Source: Tepidisphaera sp. (GTDB taxonomy: Bacteria > Planctomycetota > Phycisphaerae > Phycisphaerales > UBA1924). Taken from it: 64,000 bases of DNA. Within the stretch, counting starts at the first letter, position 1. Every line of letters starts with the position of its first letter. The stretch covers positions 3,168,001 to 3,232,000 of the forward strand of contig CP051526.1 in NCBI GenBank assembly GCA_050916045.1, read 5' to 3'. The notes beneath the pieces were generated by a model. That model searched no databases. It was not told the origin of the DNA and worked only from the letters and a program-made list of their open reading frames with translations. This document shows, one piece after another, positions 17,103 to 27,453 of the stretch. A program made the translations under genes and the position numbers.

Positions 17103-20100
17103 TGGCCACCCAAAGCTGGACACTCGCCGCGTTGTCGGTGGGGCCGATTCAGTTCGACAATCCGCGGCTTCTCTGGCTGTTTCCGATTGTTGCGGTGGTG
17201 TCGGTGCTGATTGCTCGCAAGAGTCTTTCGGGGCTTGGGAGCGTGACGAGGTGGGTGGCGCTTGCGGCGCGGTTGCTGGTGCTTGCGCTGCTTGTGGGGG
17301 CGCTGGCGGAGCCGTCGTGGCGGAAGGAGTCCAAGTCGGTCGCGGTGACGGTGCTGGTGGATGTGAGCGATTCGATCCCGGCGTCGAGCCAGAAGAAGGC
17401 GGAGTCGTATCTGCAAGCGGCGGCGGCGGCTTCGAAGCGTGAGCAGGATGACAAGCTGGGTGTGCTGACGATGGCTCGCGAGCCGTATGTGCAGCAGCTT
17501 CCGTCGAAGGGCGCGACGACGATCGAGCGTGGGTTTACGGGCAAGACGGACGCGACGGACATCGCGGCGGCGGTGCGTCTGGCGCTGGGGATTGCTCCGG
17601 CGGACTCGGCGAACAAGCTGGTGGTGGTTTCGGACGGGAACGAGACGGTGGGTTCGGTGCTGGCGGCGATCTCTGCGGCGCAGGCGGCGAACATTCCGAT
17701 CAGCATTTATCCGATTCAGTACAAGTATGACAACGAAGTGCTGATGGAGCGGCTGGTGGTCCCCCCCACCGCTCGCGTGGGGGAGAACGTTTCGCTGAAG
17801 GTGGTGCTGAGCGCGACGACGCCGGCATCGGGGACGCTTTTCGTCCGCGACGACAGCGGGCCGATTGATCTGGACCCGACGTCGGACAAGAGCGGCGTGC
17901 AGGTGCAGCTTGAGAAGGGTCCGAACACGTTTGCGGTGTCGGTGCCGGTGATGAGCCGCGGGGCGGTGCGGTATGAAGCGACGTTTGAGCCGGACACGGC
18001 GGGCGGGGCGCTGGTCGCGGACACGCGGCTTGAGAACAACCGCCAGATCGCGGTGACGTTTGTTTCGGGCGAGGGGAGCGTGCTTGTGATCCGGGAGGAT
18101 CCGGCGGAGACGCAGGCGTTCGTGAAGGCGCTGCGGGAGTTCGGGATTCCGGTGATTGAGTCGGACGTGGGCGGTGCACCGCAGGACATGGTGCAGATGA
18201 ACGCGTTTGACGCGATCGTGCTGGCCAACGTTCCGCGGACGCTTTTCACGGAGAAGCAGATCAGCGATCTGCAGAGGTATGTTCGTGAGGGCGGGGGCGG
18301 GCTGGTGATGCTTGGGGGCAAGGACTCGATGGGAGCGGGGATCTGGATGGACACGCCGGTGGCGGAGGCGCTGCCGATTGACCTGAACCCGCCGCAGAAG
18401 AAGGAGATGCCTCGGGGTGCGCTTGGGATCTGGTGCCACTCGGTGGAGATGCCGGACGGGCGGTTCCTGGGCGGGCGGGTGTGCAATGCGGCGGTGGATG
18501 CGCTTTCGCGGCTTGACTATGCGGGGATCGCGGAGTGGGGCCCGAACGGGGCGGGGTGGGCGCACCCGATGAGTCCGCTTGGGGACAAGTCAAAGATCAA
18601 GCAGGCGATCAACCGGCTGACGTACGGCGACATGACGGACTGGACGCCGGCGCTGCAGGCGCTGCTGGCGGGGATGGAGAAGGTGGATGCGGGGCAGAAG
18701 CACTGCATTCTGATTTCCGACGGCGACCCGATGCCGCCCAGCCGGGCTTTGCTCGACAGGTTCAAGAACGCGAGCCCGCCGATCTCGATCACGACGGTTG
18801 CGATCGCGTGCCACGGGATCCAGGACCAGACGGGGATGGAGAACATCGCCAGGTACACGGGCGGGCGGTTCTACAACATCAAGCCGGGGCAGGAGAACAA
18901 GGTTCCGGAGATCTTCATCAAGGAAGCGATCACGGTGCATCGGCCGCTGATCCGCGAGGGGAAGCCGTTTACGCCAAAGATCAGCGGGATCGCTTCGGAG
19001 ACGTTCGCGGGGATCAGCTCGCTTCCGGCGATCACGGGGTATGTGCGGGCGGCGGAGCGTGGCGGGCTGGCGCTGGTGACGCTCAAGAATGACGAGGATG
19101 AGCCGCTGATGGCTCAATGGAACTACGGGCTGGGGCGTTCGATCGCGTTCACGTCGGATGCGGGGGGTCGGTGGGCGGCGCAGTGGCCGTCGTGGGGTCA
19201 GTATGCGGCGTTCTGGTCGCAGCACATCCGGTGGGTGATGCGTCCGACGAATTCGGCGATCGCGGTGCGTGTGACGCCGGAGACGAAGGGTGATGAGACG
19301 CTTCTGATCGTGGAAGCGGCGACGCGGGACGGTGAGCGTCTGCCGTTCGTGAATTTCCAGGGGCGGATCGCTTCGCCGGATGGCAACGACGATCAGGACG
19401 TGGTGCTTCGCGAGATCGGTCCGGGGCGGTATGAGGGGCGTGTGCGGACGGCGGGGGCGGGGACGTACATCGCGAGTTTGCGGTACAAGGTTCCGCGCGG
19501 GGACGGCGGTCCTCCGCTCGAGGGGTCGGCGTCGGCGGCGATCAACCGGCCGTTCGCGGATGAGTACCGGACGCTGAAGGACAACACGGTTCTGCTGGAT
19601 CAGGTGCGGGACAAAACGCGGGGGATTTCGCTGCCGCAGGATCCGACGAAGGCGGATCTGTGGAGCCGGGAGGGTCTGACGTTCCCGGTGTCGACGTATC
19701 CGATCTGGCTTTTGACGGCGGTGCTTGCGATCGCGCTGTTCCTGGTGGATGTGGCGGTTCGTCGCGTGCGGATCGATGTCCTGGGGATGGCGGCGGCGGT
19801 TCGTCGGGCGGCGGGGCGGAGCAAGCAGACCTCGGCGGAGCTTTCGGGTCTGCGGGCGGCGAAGGACAAGGCGAAAGCGTCGATCAAGACGCGGGGCGAG
19901 ACGCTGACGCCGCTGGCACCGCCGACGGTGGATGCGAGCGTTGCGTCGGCGAAGTTTGACGCGACGGCGGAAGAGCTTCAGGCCGCCCGCCGGGACGCGA
20001 AGTCTGACGTGCCGGGTGCGGCGGCGGCGGATCCGGGCAAGCCGAGCAAGCCGAAGTCCGCGAAGGAGGATGCGGAGCAGGGCATGTCCGCCCTTCTGAA

Positions 20101-20140
20101 AGCCAAGCGTCGCGCCCGCGATGAACTCGAGGATCGCTGA
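17099..20140 (+). CDS. Membrane-anchored VWA-domain protein with glutamine amidotransferase-like domain
   Basis: DVSDS MIDAS, SDGNET, GGGLVMLGG, second VWA-like region (LISDG), WNYGLGRSIAFTSD. ATGA overlap with the NHL gene. Confidence 0.88.
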   Translation: MMATQSWTLAALSVGPIQFDNPRLLWLFPIVAVVSVLIARKSLSGLGSVTRWVALAARLLVLALLVGALAEPSWRKESKSVAVTVLVDVSDSIPASSQKKAESYLQAAAAASKREQDDKLGVLTMAREPYVQQLPSKGATTIERGFTGKTDATDIAAAVRLALGIAPADSANKLVVVSDGNETVGSVLAAISAAQAANIPISIYPIQYKYDNEVLMERLVVPPTARVGENVSLKVVLSATTPASGTLFVRDDSGPIDLDPTSDKSGVQVQLEKGPNTFAVSVPVMSRGAVRYEATFEPDTAGGALVADTRLENNRQIAVTFVSGEGSVLVIREDPAETQAFVKALREFGIPVIESDVGGAPQDMVQMNAFDAIVLANVPRTLFTEKQISDLQRYVREGGGGLVMLGGKDSMGAGIWMDTPVAEALPIDLNPPQKKEMPRGALGIWCHSVEMPDGRFLGGRVCNAAVDALSRLDYAGIAEWGPNGAGWAHPMSPLGDKSKIKQAINRLTYGDMTDWTPALQALLAGMEKVDAGQKHCILISDGDPMPPSRALLDRFKNASPPISITTVAIACHGIQDQTGMENIARYTGGRFYNIKPGQENKVPEIFIKEAITVHRPLIREGKPFTPKISGIASETFAGISSLPAITGYVRAAERGGLALVTLKNDEDEPLMAQWNYGLGRSIAFTSDAGGRWAAQWPSWGQYAAFWSQHIRWVMRPTNSAIAVRVTPETKGDETLLIVEAATRDGERLPFVNFQGRIASPDGNDDQDVVLREIGPGRYEGRVRTAGAGTYIASLRYKVPRGDGGPPLEGSASAAINRPFADEYRTLKDNTVLLDQVRDKTRGISLPQDPTKADLWSREGLTFPVSTYPIWLLTAVLAIALFLVDVAVRRVRIDVLGMAAAVRRAAGRSKQTSAELSGLRAAKDKAKASIKTRGETLTPLAPPTVDASVASAKFDATAEELQAARRDAKSDVPGAAAADPGKPSKPKSAKEDAEQGMSALLKAKRRARDELEDR

Positions 20141-20222
20141 TCGAAACGCCCGGAACTCCATCTCTGCATTGAACCCTGACACCAACCTCGTCCGCTGATC
20201 TCATTACTTCAGAAGGATCCCC

Positions 20223-21266
20223 ATGTCGACGATGACCGAAGCCCCCACGACGCCCGCGGAAGTGAAAGCCAAGTGCGATGCGTTCCGCGAACGGTTCAAC
20301 AAGCTCAAGGCCGAGATCGGCAAGGTCGTCGTCGGGCACTCCGACGTGGTCGAGTCGGTGCTGATCGCGCTGTTCACGGGCGGCAACGTGCTGCTTGAGG
20401 GTGTGCCGGGCTTGGGCAAGACGCTTTTGGTGCGGTCGCTGGCCCAGACGCTGAGCTTGCCGTTCAGCCGGATCCAGTTCACGCCGGACCTGATGCCAGC
20501 GGACGTGATCGGGACGAACATCGTGATGGAGGATGCGGAGACGGGGCGGCGGAAGTTTGAGTTCCAGAAGGGGCCGATTTTCGCGCAGATCGTGCTCGCG
20601 GACGAGATCAACCGTGCGACGCCGAAGACGCAGTCGGCGCTGCTTGAGGCGATGCAGGAGCGGTCGGTGACGGTGGGCGGGAAGACGCACAAGCTGGAGA
20701 AGCCGTTCATCGTGCTGGCGACGCAGAACCCGGTGGAGCAGGAGGGGACGTACCCGCTTCCCGAGGCGCAGCTGGACCGGTTCATCTTCAAGCTGGTGGT
20801 GGGGTATGGGGAGTTGAGCGATCTGATGACGATTCTGGAGCGGACGACGGGGAGCGCGGCGCCGGAGTGCTCGCCGGTGATGGATGGGCCGTCGATTCTG
20901 GAAACGCAGGCGCTGGTACGCGGGGTGGTGGTGGCGCCGCACGTGATGCAGTATGTGGGGCGGCTGGCGATGGCGACGCATCCGGGCGGGCCTTACGCGG
21001 CGGGCGGGGCGGAGGGTCCGGCGAACAAGTACGTGCGGTGCGGGGCTTCGCCGCGCGGGGCGCAGGCGATGCTGCTTGGGGCGAAGGTGCGGGCGCTGAT
21101 CGACGGCCGGTTCCACGTGAGTTTCGCGGACGTCAAGGGCGTGGCTCCGATGTGCTTGCGGCACCGGTTGATCCTGAACTTTGAAGCGGAAGCGGACCGG
21201 GTGGATCCGGATGCGATCGTGAAGCAGATCATCGAGAAGACGCCGACGGACCCGGTGAAGCTCTGA
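20223..21266 (+). CDS. MoxR family AAA+ ATPase
   Basis: LEGVPGLGKT, RIQFTPDLMPAD, ADEINRATPKTQSALLEAMQE, ATQNPVEQEGTYPLPEAQLDRF. Confidence 0.96.
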   Translation: MSTMTEAPTTPAEVKAKCDAFRERFNKLKAEIGKVVVGHSDVVESVLIALFTGGNVLLEGVPGLGKTLLVRSLAQTLSLPFSRIQFTPDLMPADVIGTNIVMEDAETGRRKFEFQKGPIFAQIVLADEINRATPKTQSALLEAMQERSVTVGGKTHKLEKPFIVLATQNPVEQEGTYPLPEAQLDRFIFKLVVGYGELSDLMTILERTTGSAAPECSPVMDGPSILETQALVRGVVVAPHVMQYVGRLAMATHPGGPYAAGGAEGPANKYVRCGASPRGAQAMLLGAKVRALIDGRFHVSFADVKGVAPMCLRHRLILNFEAEADRVDPDAIVKQIIEKTPTDPVKL

Positions 21267-21379
21267 GGAGCATCGCCGCAGGGTCGCTGAGTCATCGCCG
21301 ACAGCGGTCTTGATTCTTCGCAGAGGCGTCCTGATCAGAAGCCGGGCCAGACGACGGAACACTCCATGAGACTCCATCC

Positions 21380-21934
21380 ATGAGATTCAAGCAGATCGCC
21401 TTCATGTTTCTTGCTTTCCTCTCGACCATGATGCACGCCGGGTGCGCTTCGGGCCCGACGGCGCCGGACGCGGGCGTCGCGGACAAGTATGTCGGCGAGT
21501 GGCGCTCGGCGAACAGCGTGTTTGTGAGCTGTTTCCGTCGCCCGGACTCCACGTACATCCTGCGCTCCAACCGTTCCGGGAAGGAGCGGTCGTCGGAGGG
21601 CGAGTTGATCGACGTCGAGGGGACGATGATGGTGAAGGTGAAGGTCTTTGAGCCCAACGCGGAAGAGCTTTCCAGGGGGCGGGTCCCTCTGTATCAGTTC
21701 GGCGTGCTTGAGCTTTCGGACTCGCGGCTGAAGTACACGCCGGTGCGTTCGGCTTGGCTTGCGAGCACCATGCGGTCGCACGGCCTTGGGGAGGCAGTCG
21801 GCGGGGAGTCGGCGACTCCGGGAGCGGGCGTGGGTATGCCGGCGGAGTGGTCTGATCTTGAGCACATTCTTCGGGACGCGGTGACGGAAGACGGAGCGTT
21901 GGAGCCCACCGAATCGTTCGAGAAAGTGAAGTAG
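21380..21934 (+). CDS. Hypothetical lipoprotein
   Basis: Signal peptide ending HAGC; co-oriented within the operon. Confidence 0.65.
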   Translation: MRFKQIAFMFLAFLSTMMHAGCASGPTAPDAGVADKYVGEWRSANSVFVSCFRRPDSTYILRSNRSGKERSSEGELIDVEGTMMVKVKVFEPNAEELSRGRVPLYQFGVLELSDSRLKYTPVRSAWLASTMRSHGLGEAVGGESATPGAGVGMPAEWSDLEHILRDAVTEDGALEPTESFEKVK

Positions 21935-21941
21935 TACTCGC

Positions 21942-22889
21942 ATGCTCAAGACCTCGAACGCCAAACGACTGGAAGGCATCGAAGACCTGGCGACACCGGC
22001 GCAGATCGCGAAGGTCGCGCCGCTTGATCTCACGAGCCGGCGGATCTTCTCCGGCAAGCTCAAGGGCGAGCGGCGGTCGAAGAAGCGCGGCGAGTCGGTC
22101 GAGTTCGCGGATCACCGGCCGTATGTGATGGGGGATGACCCGCGGCACCTGGACTGGAACCTGTTCGCGCGGCTGGACGTGCTTTTCCTCAAGCTTTATC
22201 TTGAGGAGGAGGATCTGTCGCTTCACATCGTGATCGACGCTTCGGGGTCTTCGGACACTGGGGATCCGAGCAAGTTCGTGTTCATGCAGCGGGTGGCGTT
22301 CCTGCTGGGGTACATGGGGCTTTCGAACCTGAACCGCGTGGCGGTGACGGTGATCGGCGGGACGACGCGGAGCGCGGCGGAGGGCGTGAAGCCGCAGGTG
22401 CTTCGCTCGCTTCGGGACCTTCGCGGGCGTCGGCGCGTGATGGAGCTTTCGGACTTTCTGCTTGACACCGAGCCTGGGGGGTCGTCGAATTTCCGGGCGG
22501 CGGCGGAGCGCATCGCGCTGACGCGTCGTGGGAAGGGCGTGATGGTGCTGATGTCGGACTTCCTGATGAAGGAGGGGTACGAGGACGGGCTGCGTCTGCT
22601 TGTGGGGCGCGGGTTTGACGTGATCGCGATGCAGATTCTCTCGCGGGAAGAGCTCAAGCCGCCGATCACGGGGGACCTTCGTCTGAAGGATGTCGAGGAC
22701 GCGGACACGGCGGAGGTCACGATCTCATCACCGCTTCTCAAGCAGTACGACAAGATCGTGACGGCGTTCCGCCGCCGGCTTGAGGAGTTCTGCCATCGTC
22801 GCGGGATCATGTACCTTTTGGCGACGCCGGACCAGGCTCCTGAGTCGCTGCTGATGGACACGCTTCGCGCCAAGGGGGTGCTGCGATGA
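21942..22889 (+). CDS. DUF58 domain protein
   Basis: GERRSKKRGESVEFADHRPYVMGDDPRHLDWN, DASGS, MSDFL. Confidence 0.93.
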   Translation: MLKTSNAKRLEGIEDLATPAQIAKVAPLDLTSRRIFSGKLKGERRSKKRGESVEFADHRPYVMGDDPRHLDWNLFARLDVLFLKLYLEEEDLSLHIVIDASGSSDTGDPSKFVFMQRVAFLLGYMGLSNLNRVAVTVIGGTTRSAAEGVKPQVLRSLRDLRGRRRVMELSDFLLDTEPGGSSNFRAAAERIALTRRGKGVMVLMSDFLMKEGYEDGLRLLVGRGFDVIAMQILSREELKPPITGDLRLKDVEDADTAEVTISSPLLKQYDKIVTAFRRRLEEFCHRRGIMYLLATPDQAPESLLMDTLRAKGVLR

Positions 22890-25054
22890 CCTTTCTCACC
22901 CCGCTTTACGCCGCGATCGCGGCCGGGATCGCGATCCCGTCGCTGGTCATTCTTTACTTTCTGAAGCTGAAGCGGCGGGATATGGAGATCTCCTCCACGC
23001 TGCTCTGGAAGAAGGCGATCCAGGACCTTCAGGCGAACGCTCCGTTTCAGAAGCTGCGTCGCAACATCCTGCTTCTGCTGCAGCTTCTCGCGCTGATCGC
23101 GGCGATTCTCGCGCTCGGACAGCCGCAGATCAACTCGATCAAGACGTCCGGCGGCCGCCACGTGATTCTCATCGATCGCTCGGCGAGCATGAACGCGGTG
23201 GATGAGGAACTCAAGGGCGCGGCGATCTCGCGTCTGGAAGCGGCGAAGGAGGAAGCTCTCAACTTCATCCAGGGCCTCGCCGAGCCTGGGCTTATCGAGA
23301 AGGACACGGGCGACACGGCGATGGTGATCGCGTTTGACCGGGAAGCGAGCGTGGTGCAGCAGTTCACGGGGGACAAGCGCAAGCTTGCCGACGCCGTGCG
23401 GGGCATCACGCCCTCGGACGGCCCGTCGCTGCTGGAGCCGGCGGTTCGGCTTGCGCGGGCGCAGGCGCCGCGGCTGATCCTGGAAGACACGCGGATCATC
23501 GACGGCCAGCCGGTGACGGATATCAAGGTGATCGAGGGGATCTCCGACCGCTGGCCGATCAGCTTGCACGTCTACACGGACGGCAAGCTTCCCGATGCGG
23601 GTCGAGCGGTGGCGGGGCCGAGCGACACGGTGGAGTTCCGCCGGTTCGGCAAGCTTGACACGCACAATGTGGGCATCGTGGCGCTTCGGGCGGATCGCGA
23701 GTTTGACACGCCGGCGAACGTGCTGCTTTTCGCGGGGCTGCAGAACACCGATCCCAACCCGGTGAAGGTCGACGTCCAGCTCGTCCTGGACGGCGTGCAG
23801 GGCCCGATCAAGGAAGTGACGATCCCCGGTTCGGTCACCAAGGGTTCGGGCGAAGCGGCGGAGTCCATCCCCGGCGATGCGGGCGTTTCGTTCAAGTTTG
23901 AGCGGGCGGAAGCGACGGCGGCCGAGTTGATCGTGCGCAAAGCGGACTCGATCGCGAATTCGCTTGACACGTTCGCGACCGACGACCGGGGCTGGCTGAT
24001 GATCCCGCCGGCTCGCGGCTTGCGATTGGCGCTGGTGACCAACGGGAATCTCTTCCTGCGGCAGGCGCTGGCTGTGCTGCCGCAGTCGGGTGAGCCCACG
24101 ATCTTTTCGCCGGCGGAGTATCAGGCGGCTTTGAAGAATGGCAAGGCCTTTGAGTTCGACGTCACGGTGGTGGACAGCGTGACGATCGAGTGGGGGGACA
24201 AGAAGAACACGTTGCCGCCGGGCCGGTTCCTCTTCTTCAACTCGATCCCCAACGCGGTGGACGCGGGCAGCTTGAAGCCTGTAGTCGAGGGTCAGGTTCC
24301 CGACCGGCTGGGGGCGGTGCTCGTGCCGACCGGAGAGTCGGGGCCGTCGACGATGGTGACGTGGCAGCGGGACCACCCGGCGTTCCGGTCGCTGAACCTC
24401 GACAATTTGGATCTGTTCAAGTCGCTGAAAGCGGAGGTTCCGGCAGGGTCCACGGCTCAGATTCTGGGCGAGTCGACCTCCGGGCCGGTGTTCTTTGGGT
24501 TGATCACTTCGGACGCGCGTGCTTTGGTGGCGGCGTTTGACCCGACGGCTTCGGACTGGCCGTTTGATGTTTCCTTCATCGTGTTCCTGTCGTATGCGAC
24601 GGATTACCTGGGCACGGGAGGCGGCTGGGCGGTTGCCCGGTCCTCTCAGCCGGGCCTGACCCTTTCCGACCGCCTTCCCGACAGCGCGTCGGGGGTCGAG
24701 TGTGTGGGACCCGGGGGAATCACCGTGGGCGCGGGTCTTGCGCCCGACGGGTCGGCGTCGTTTGGGCCGTTCCCGAAGGTCGGGATCTACACGGCATCGT
24801 GGACGGGGCCGGGAGCGGCGGGCGATGAGACCTCCGGGGGCACGTCCAAGCGTCGGTTGGCGGTGAATCTGCTTGATCCGGCGGAATCGGACATCCGTGC
24901 TGCCCAAGAAATCAAGCTTGCATCGACGGATGCGGCGGCCAAGCAAGGCGAGACGGGGGGATCGGTCCGTATCCTTTGGCCTTGGATGCTTCTGGCGGCG
25001 CTGGCCGTGGTGATGCTCGAATGGTTCATCTACAACCGCAAGGTACACGTCTGA
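22886..25054 (+). CDS. BatA-domain / VWA-domain membrane protein
   Basis: N-terminal ILYFLKLKRR..SSTLLW..NAPFQKLRRN, DRSASM, YTDG, C-terminal LWPW..LEWFIYNR. Confidence 0.9.
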   Translation: MTFLTPLYAAIAAGIAIPSLVILYFLKLKRRDMEISSTLLWKKAIQDLQANAPFQKLRRNILLLLQLLALIAAILALGQPQINSIKTSGGRHVILIDRSASMNAVDEELKGAAISRLEAAKEEALNFIQGLAEPGLIEKDTGDTAMVIAFDREASVVQQFTGDKRKLADAVRGITPSDGPSLLEPAVRLARAQAPRLILEDTRIIDGQPVTDIKVIEGISDRWPISLHVYTDGKLPDAGRAVAGPSDTVEFRRFGKLDTHNVGIVALRADREFDTPANVLLFAGLQNTDPNPVKVDVQLVLDGVQGPIKEVTIPGSVTKGSGEAAESIPGDAGVSFKFERAEATAAELIVRKADSIANSLDTFATDDRGWLMIPPARGLRLALVTNGNLFLRQALAVLPQSGEPTIFSPAEYQAALKNGKAFEFDVTVVDSVTIEWGDKKNTLPPGRFLFFNSIPNAVDAGSLKPVVEGQVPDRLGAVLVPTGESGPSTMVTWQRDHPAFRSLNLDNLDLFKSLKAEVPAGSTAQILGESTSGPVFFGLITSDARALVAAFDPTASDWPFDVSFIVFLSYATDYLGTGGGWAVARSSQPGLTLSDRLPDSASGVECVGPGGITVGAGLAPDGSASFGPFPKVGIYTASWTGPGAAGDETSGGTSKRRLAVNLLDPAESDIRAAQEIKLASTDAAAKQGETGGSVRILWPWMLLAALAVVMLEWFIYNRKVHV

Positions 25055-25065
25055 CCCACCCACCC

Positions 25066-27453
25066 ATGACGATCCACACCAACCCACTCCGCTTGCTCGC
25101 CGTCTGGGTGATGATCGCGATCGTCGCCATGACTGGAGGGCGAGCGACGGCTCAGGACAAGTCTGTGCTTGCCCGCGCGGACTTTGGCTGGAACACGACG
25201 ATCACGGCGGGCCGGTGGTGTCCGGTTCGGGTGTGGCTTGACGGGAGCGCGGATTCGGACCCGGTCTCGGGCGTGATCGAGATTTCGTATTCGCAGGACC
25301 GCACGCAGAACGCGGGGGTGGTCGTGCCGGCGTCGACGACGCCGGGCAAGCTCACGCCGGTCGACCTGGCGGTGTGCTTGCCGTTTGACGTGGGGTCGGT
25401 GAAGGTGACGTTCAGCTCGGGCAAGGGCGTGCAGACGCTTGAGTTCACGCCGCCGCCGACGTCGGGCCAGACGGCGCAGCCACGGCGGGGCGAGCAGCGC
25501 CTGGGTCAGCTTTTCGCGGGGACACGCGGGCTGATGGTCCATAGCGGGGTGGGCTCGATCGAGCGGTCGTTTCCCAAGCCGCGGGAGGTGGATCGGGCGC
25601 CGAGCGTGGGGAGCCAGATCGTCACGAACTACACGGGCTTCAGCGGAGACCAGTTGACGGAGCTGCGGTGGATGCAGCTTGCGGCGACGGATGTTTCTCT
25701 GGAGGACTTGCCGCCGATCCCGCAGGCGTACCAGGGACTGGAAGCGCTGATCATCGATCCGGGGAAGTCGTCGGGGATCGAGCCTCGCGTGCGCGGTGCG
25801 ATCCTTGACTGGGTGGCTTCGGGCGGGCGTCTGATCCTGCTTGCAACGGACGAGACCGGAGCGTGGAGGCAGTGGCTGACGCCGAGCCTTGGGGAAGCGA
25901 TCTCGGCGAGCGTGCCTGGGCGGATGGTGCCGCCGGCGGAGCTGAACGCGGTGCTTCAGAGCGAGGTGCTCAAGGTTTCGGCCTCGCAGGCGACCAACGG
26001 CAACCTCCCTCAGTATCGCGGCTATCCGCAGTCGGTGGAGGTCACGGTGCGTTCGGAAGCGGCGCCGGTGGTGCCGCTTCGGAAGGAGATCGTCGGCCGG
26101 GTGTTCACGCTTTCGGAGGATGCTTTGGCGCAGGGGTGGTCTGCGTCGTGGTCGACGGGTGCGGGGTCTGGCCTGATGGTGCGTGGGCCGATGGGTATGG
26201 GCGTGGTGACAATCCTCGGGGTGGATCCGGAAGCGGTGCCGGACGCTCTTGATGCGCAGGCATCCAAGCGTTTGTGGCGGGACGCGTTGACGCCTTCGTT
26301 CGCGACGTATCTGGCGACGCCGTTCAGCGATTCGCACGCTCGCGACCGCGAGGTGAGCACCGCGCTCAACACGATCGTGAGCGTGCCGCCGCTTGGCAAC
26401 ACGGTGTTCAACGTGATCCTGATCTCGCTGGGTGCTTTGGCGCTGCTTCTGGGGCCGATCGACTGGTTTGTGCTCAAGCGGTTCCGGGCGCGGCAGCATT
26501 CGTGGCTTGTGGCACTGGGGTGGGTGTCGCTTGCGTCGGTGGCGGCGTTTGTGATTCCGCCGCGGCTTCGGAGCGGGCCGCCGCAGATCAACCGACTGAC
26601 GTCGGTGGACGTGGTGCAGTTGTCGAATGAACCGAACGCGCGGGCGTTTGCGTGGCAGGACGGTTTGACGGGCATTTTCGCGTCCGGGCCGCTTCGGATC
26701 GAGATCGATGATTCGTCGGAGACGGAGGTTGCGGGCTCATGGTGGCACGGCATCGCGCCGGAGGACGATTCGTACTACGGGCCGTTCTCGGAGCCTCGTC
26801 GCAACTCGCTGAACATCTTCGCACCGCTTGTCACGCCGCAGTTGACGTCGGTGGATCGTGAGCGTCAGAGCGTGCCTGTTCCGTTCAACATGCCCTCGTG
26901 GAGCTATCGCACCCTCGCGGATTCGTCGGTTCCGGAGGCTCCTCCGATCCGGGCGACCATCAGCCGCGAGAGCGAGCGGTTCAAGGTTCGGCTCTCGGGG
27001 TTGCCCGAAGTCGGCGGGATCGGCAGGCTGACGCTTTTCACCTCGTCGGACGGCTCGAGGCCGCAGACGGAGGTGGATTTCGTCGGCGAGGGCGATGTGC
27101 CGCTGGCGACGGGAGCGACGCTTCCGACGTTTGACGGGTTGACGTTTGACTTCGACCGATTCGGCAACCGGATGACGACCGTGGTGCCGCAGTCGTCGCA
27201 ATTCTGGACGTGTGAACTGCCGGGGCCGTCGAGGCGGTTCGGGGCGATCAAGGCGCGGCTTGATTCCGGCCGGTGGGCGATGGTCGAGCTCGTGCTCACG
27301 GCACCGGTTCCCTCGTCGCGGTTCCTGAGCCAGAAGATCCTTGATCGCGAGAACTTCGTCTCGAGCAATCTGACCACGATCCGCCTGCTTGTGCCGGTCG
27401 GGAGCCCCGCCGAGAGCCCGTCGCAAACGCCGTCCAAGGAGCCTTCACCTTGA
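25066..27453 (+). CDS. Exported/membrane hypothetical protein of MoxR-VWA-ABC clusters
   Basis: Signal peptide, GRWCPVRV, DWVASGGRL, GPIDWFVLKR TM segment. Confidence 0.8.
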   Translation: MTIHTNPLRLLAVWVMIAIVAMTGGRATAQDKSVLARADFGWNTTITAGRWCPVRVWLDGSADSDPVSGVIEISYSQDRTQNAGVVVPASTTPGKLTPVDLAVCLPFDVGSVKVTFSSGKGVQTLEFTPPPTSGQTAQPRRGEQRLGQLFAGTRGLMVHSGVGSIERSFPKPREVDRAPSVGSQIVTNYTGFSGDQLTELRWMQLAATDVSLEDLPPIPQAYQGLEALIIDPGKSSGIEPRVRGAILDWVASGGRLILLATDETGAWRQWLTPSLGEAISASVPGRMVPPAELNAVLQSEVLKVSASQATNGNLPQYRGYPQSVEVTVRSEAAPVVPLRKEIVGRVFTLSEDALAQGWSASWSTGAGSGLMVRGPMGMGVVTILGVDPEAVPDALDAQASKRLWRDALTPSFATYLATPFSDSHARDREVSTALNTIVSVPPLGNTVFNVILISLGALALLLGPIDWFVLKRFRARQHSWLVALGWVSLASVAAFVIPPRLRSGPPQINRLTSVDVVQLSNEPNARAFAWQDGLTGIFASGPLRIEIDDSSETEVAGSWWHGIAPEDDSYYGPFSEPRRNSLNIFAPLVTPQLTSVDRERQSVPVPFNMPSWSYRTLADSSVPEAPPIRATISRESERFKVRLSGLPEVGGIGRLTLFTSSDGSRPQTEVDFVGEGDVPLATGATLPTFDGLTFDFDRFGNRMTTVVPQSSQFWTCELPGPSRRFGAIKARLDSGRWAMVELVLTAPVPSSRFLSQKILDRENFVSSNLTTIRLLVPVGSPAESPSQTPSKEPSP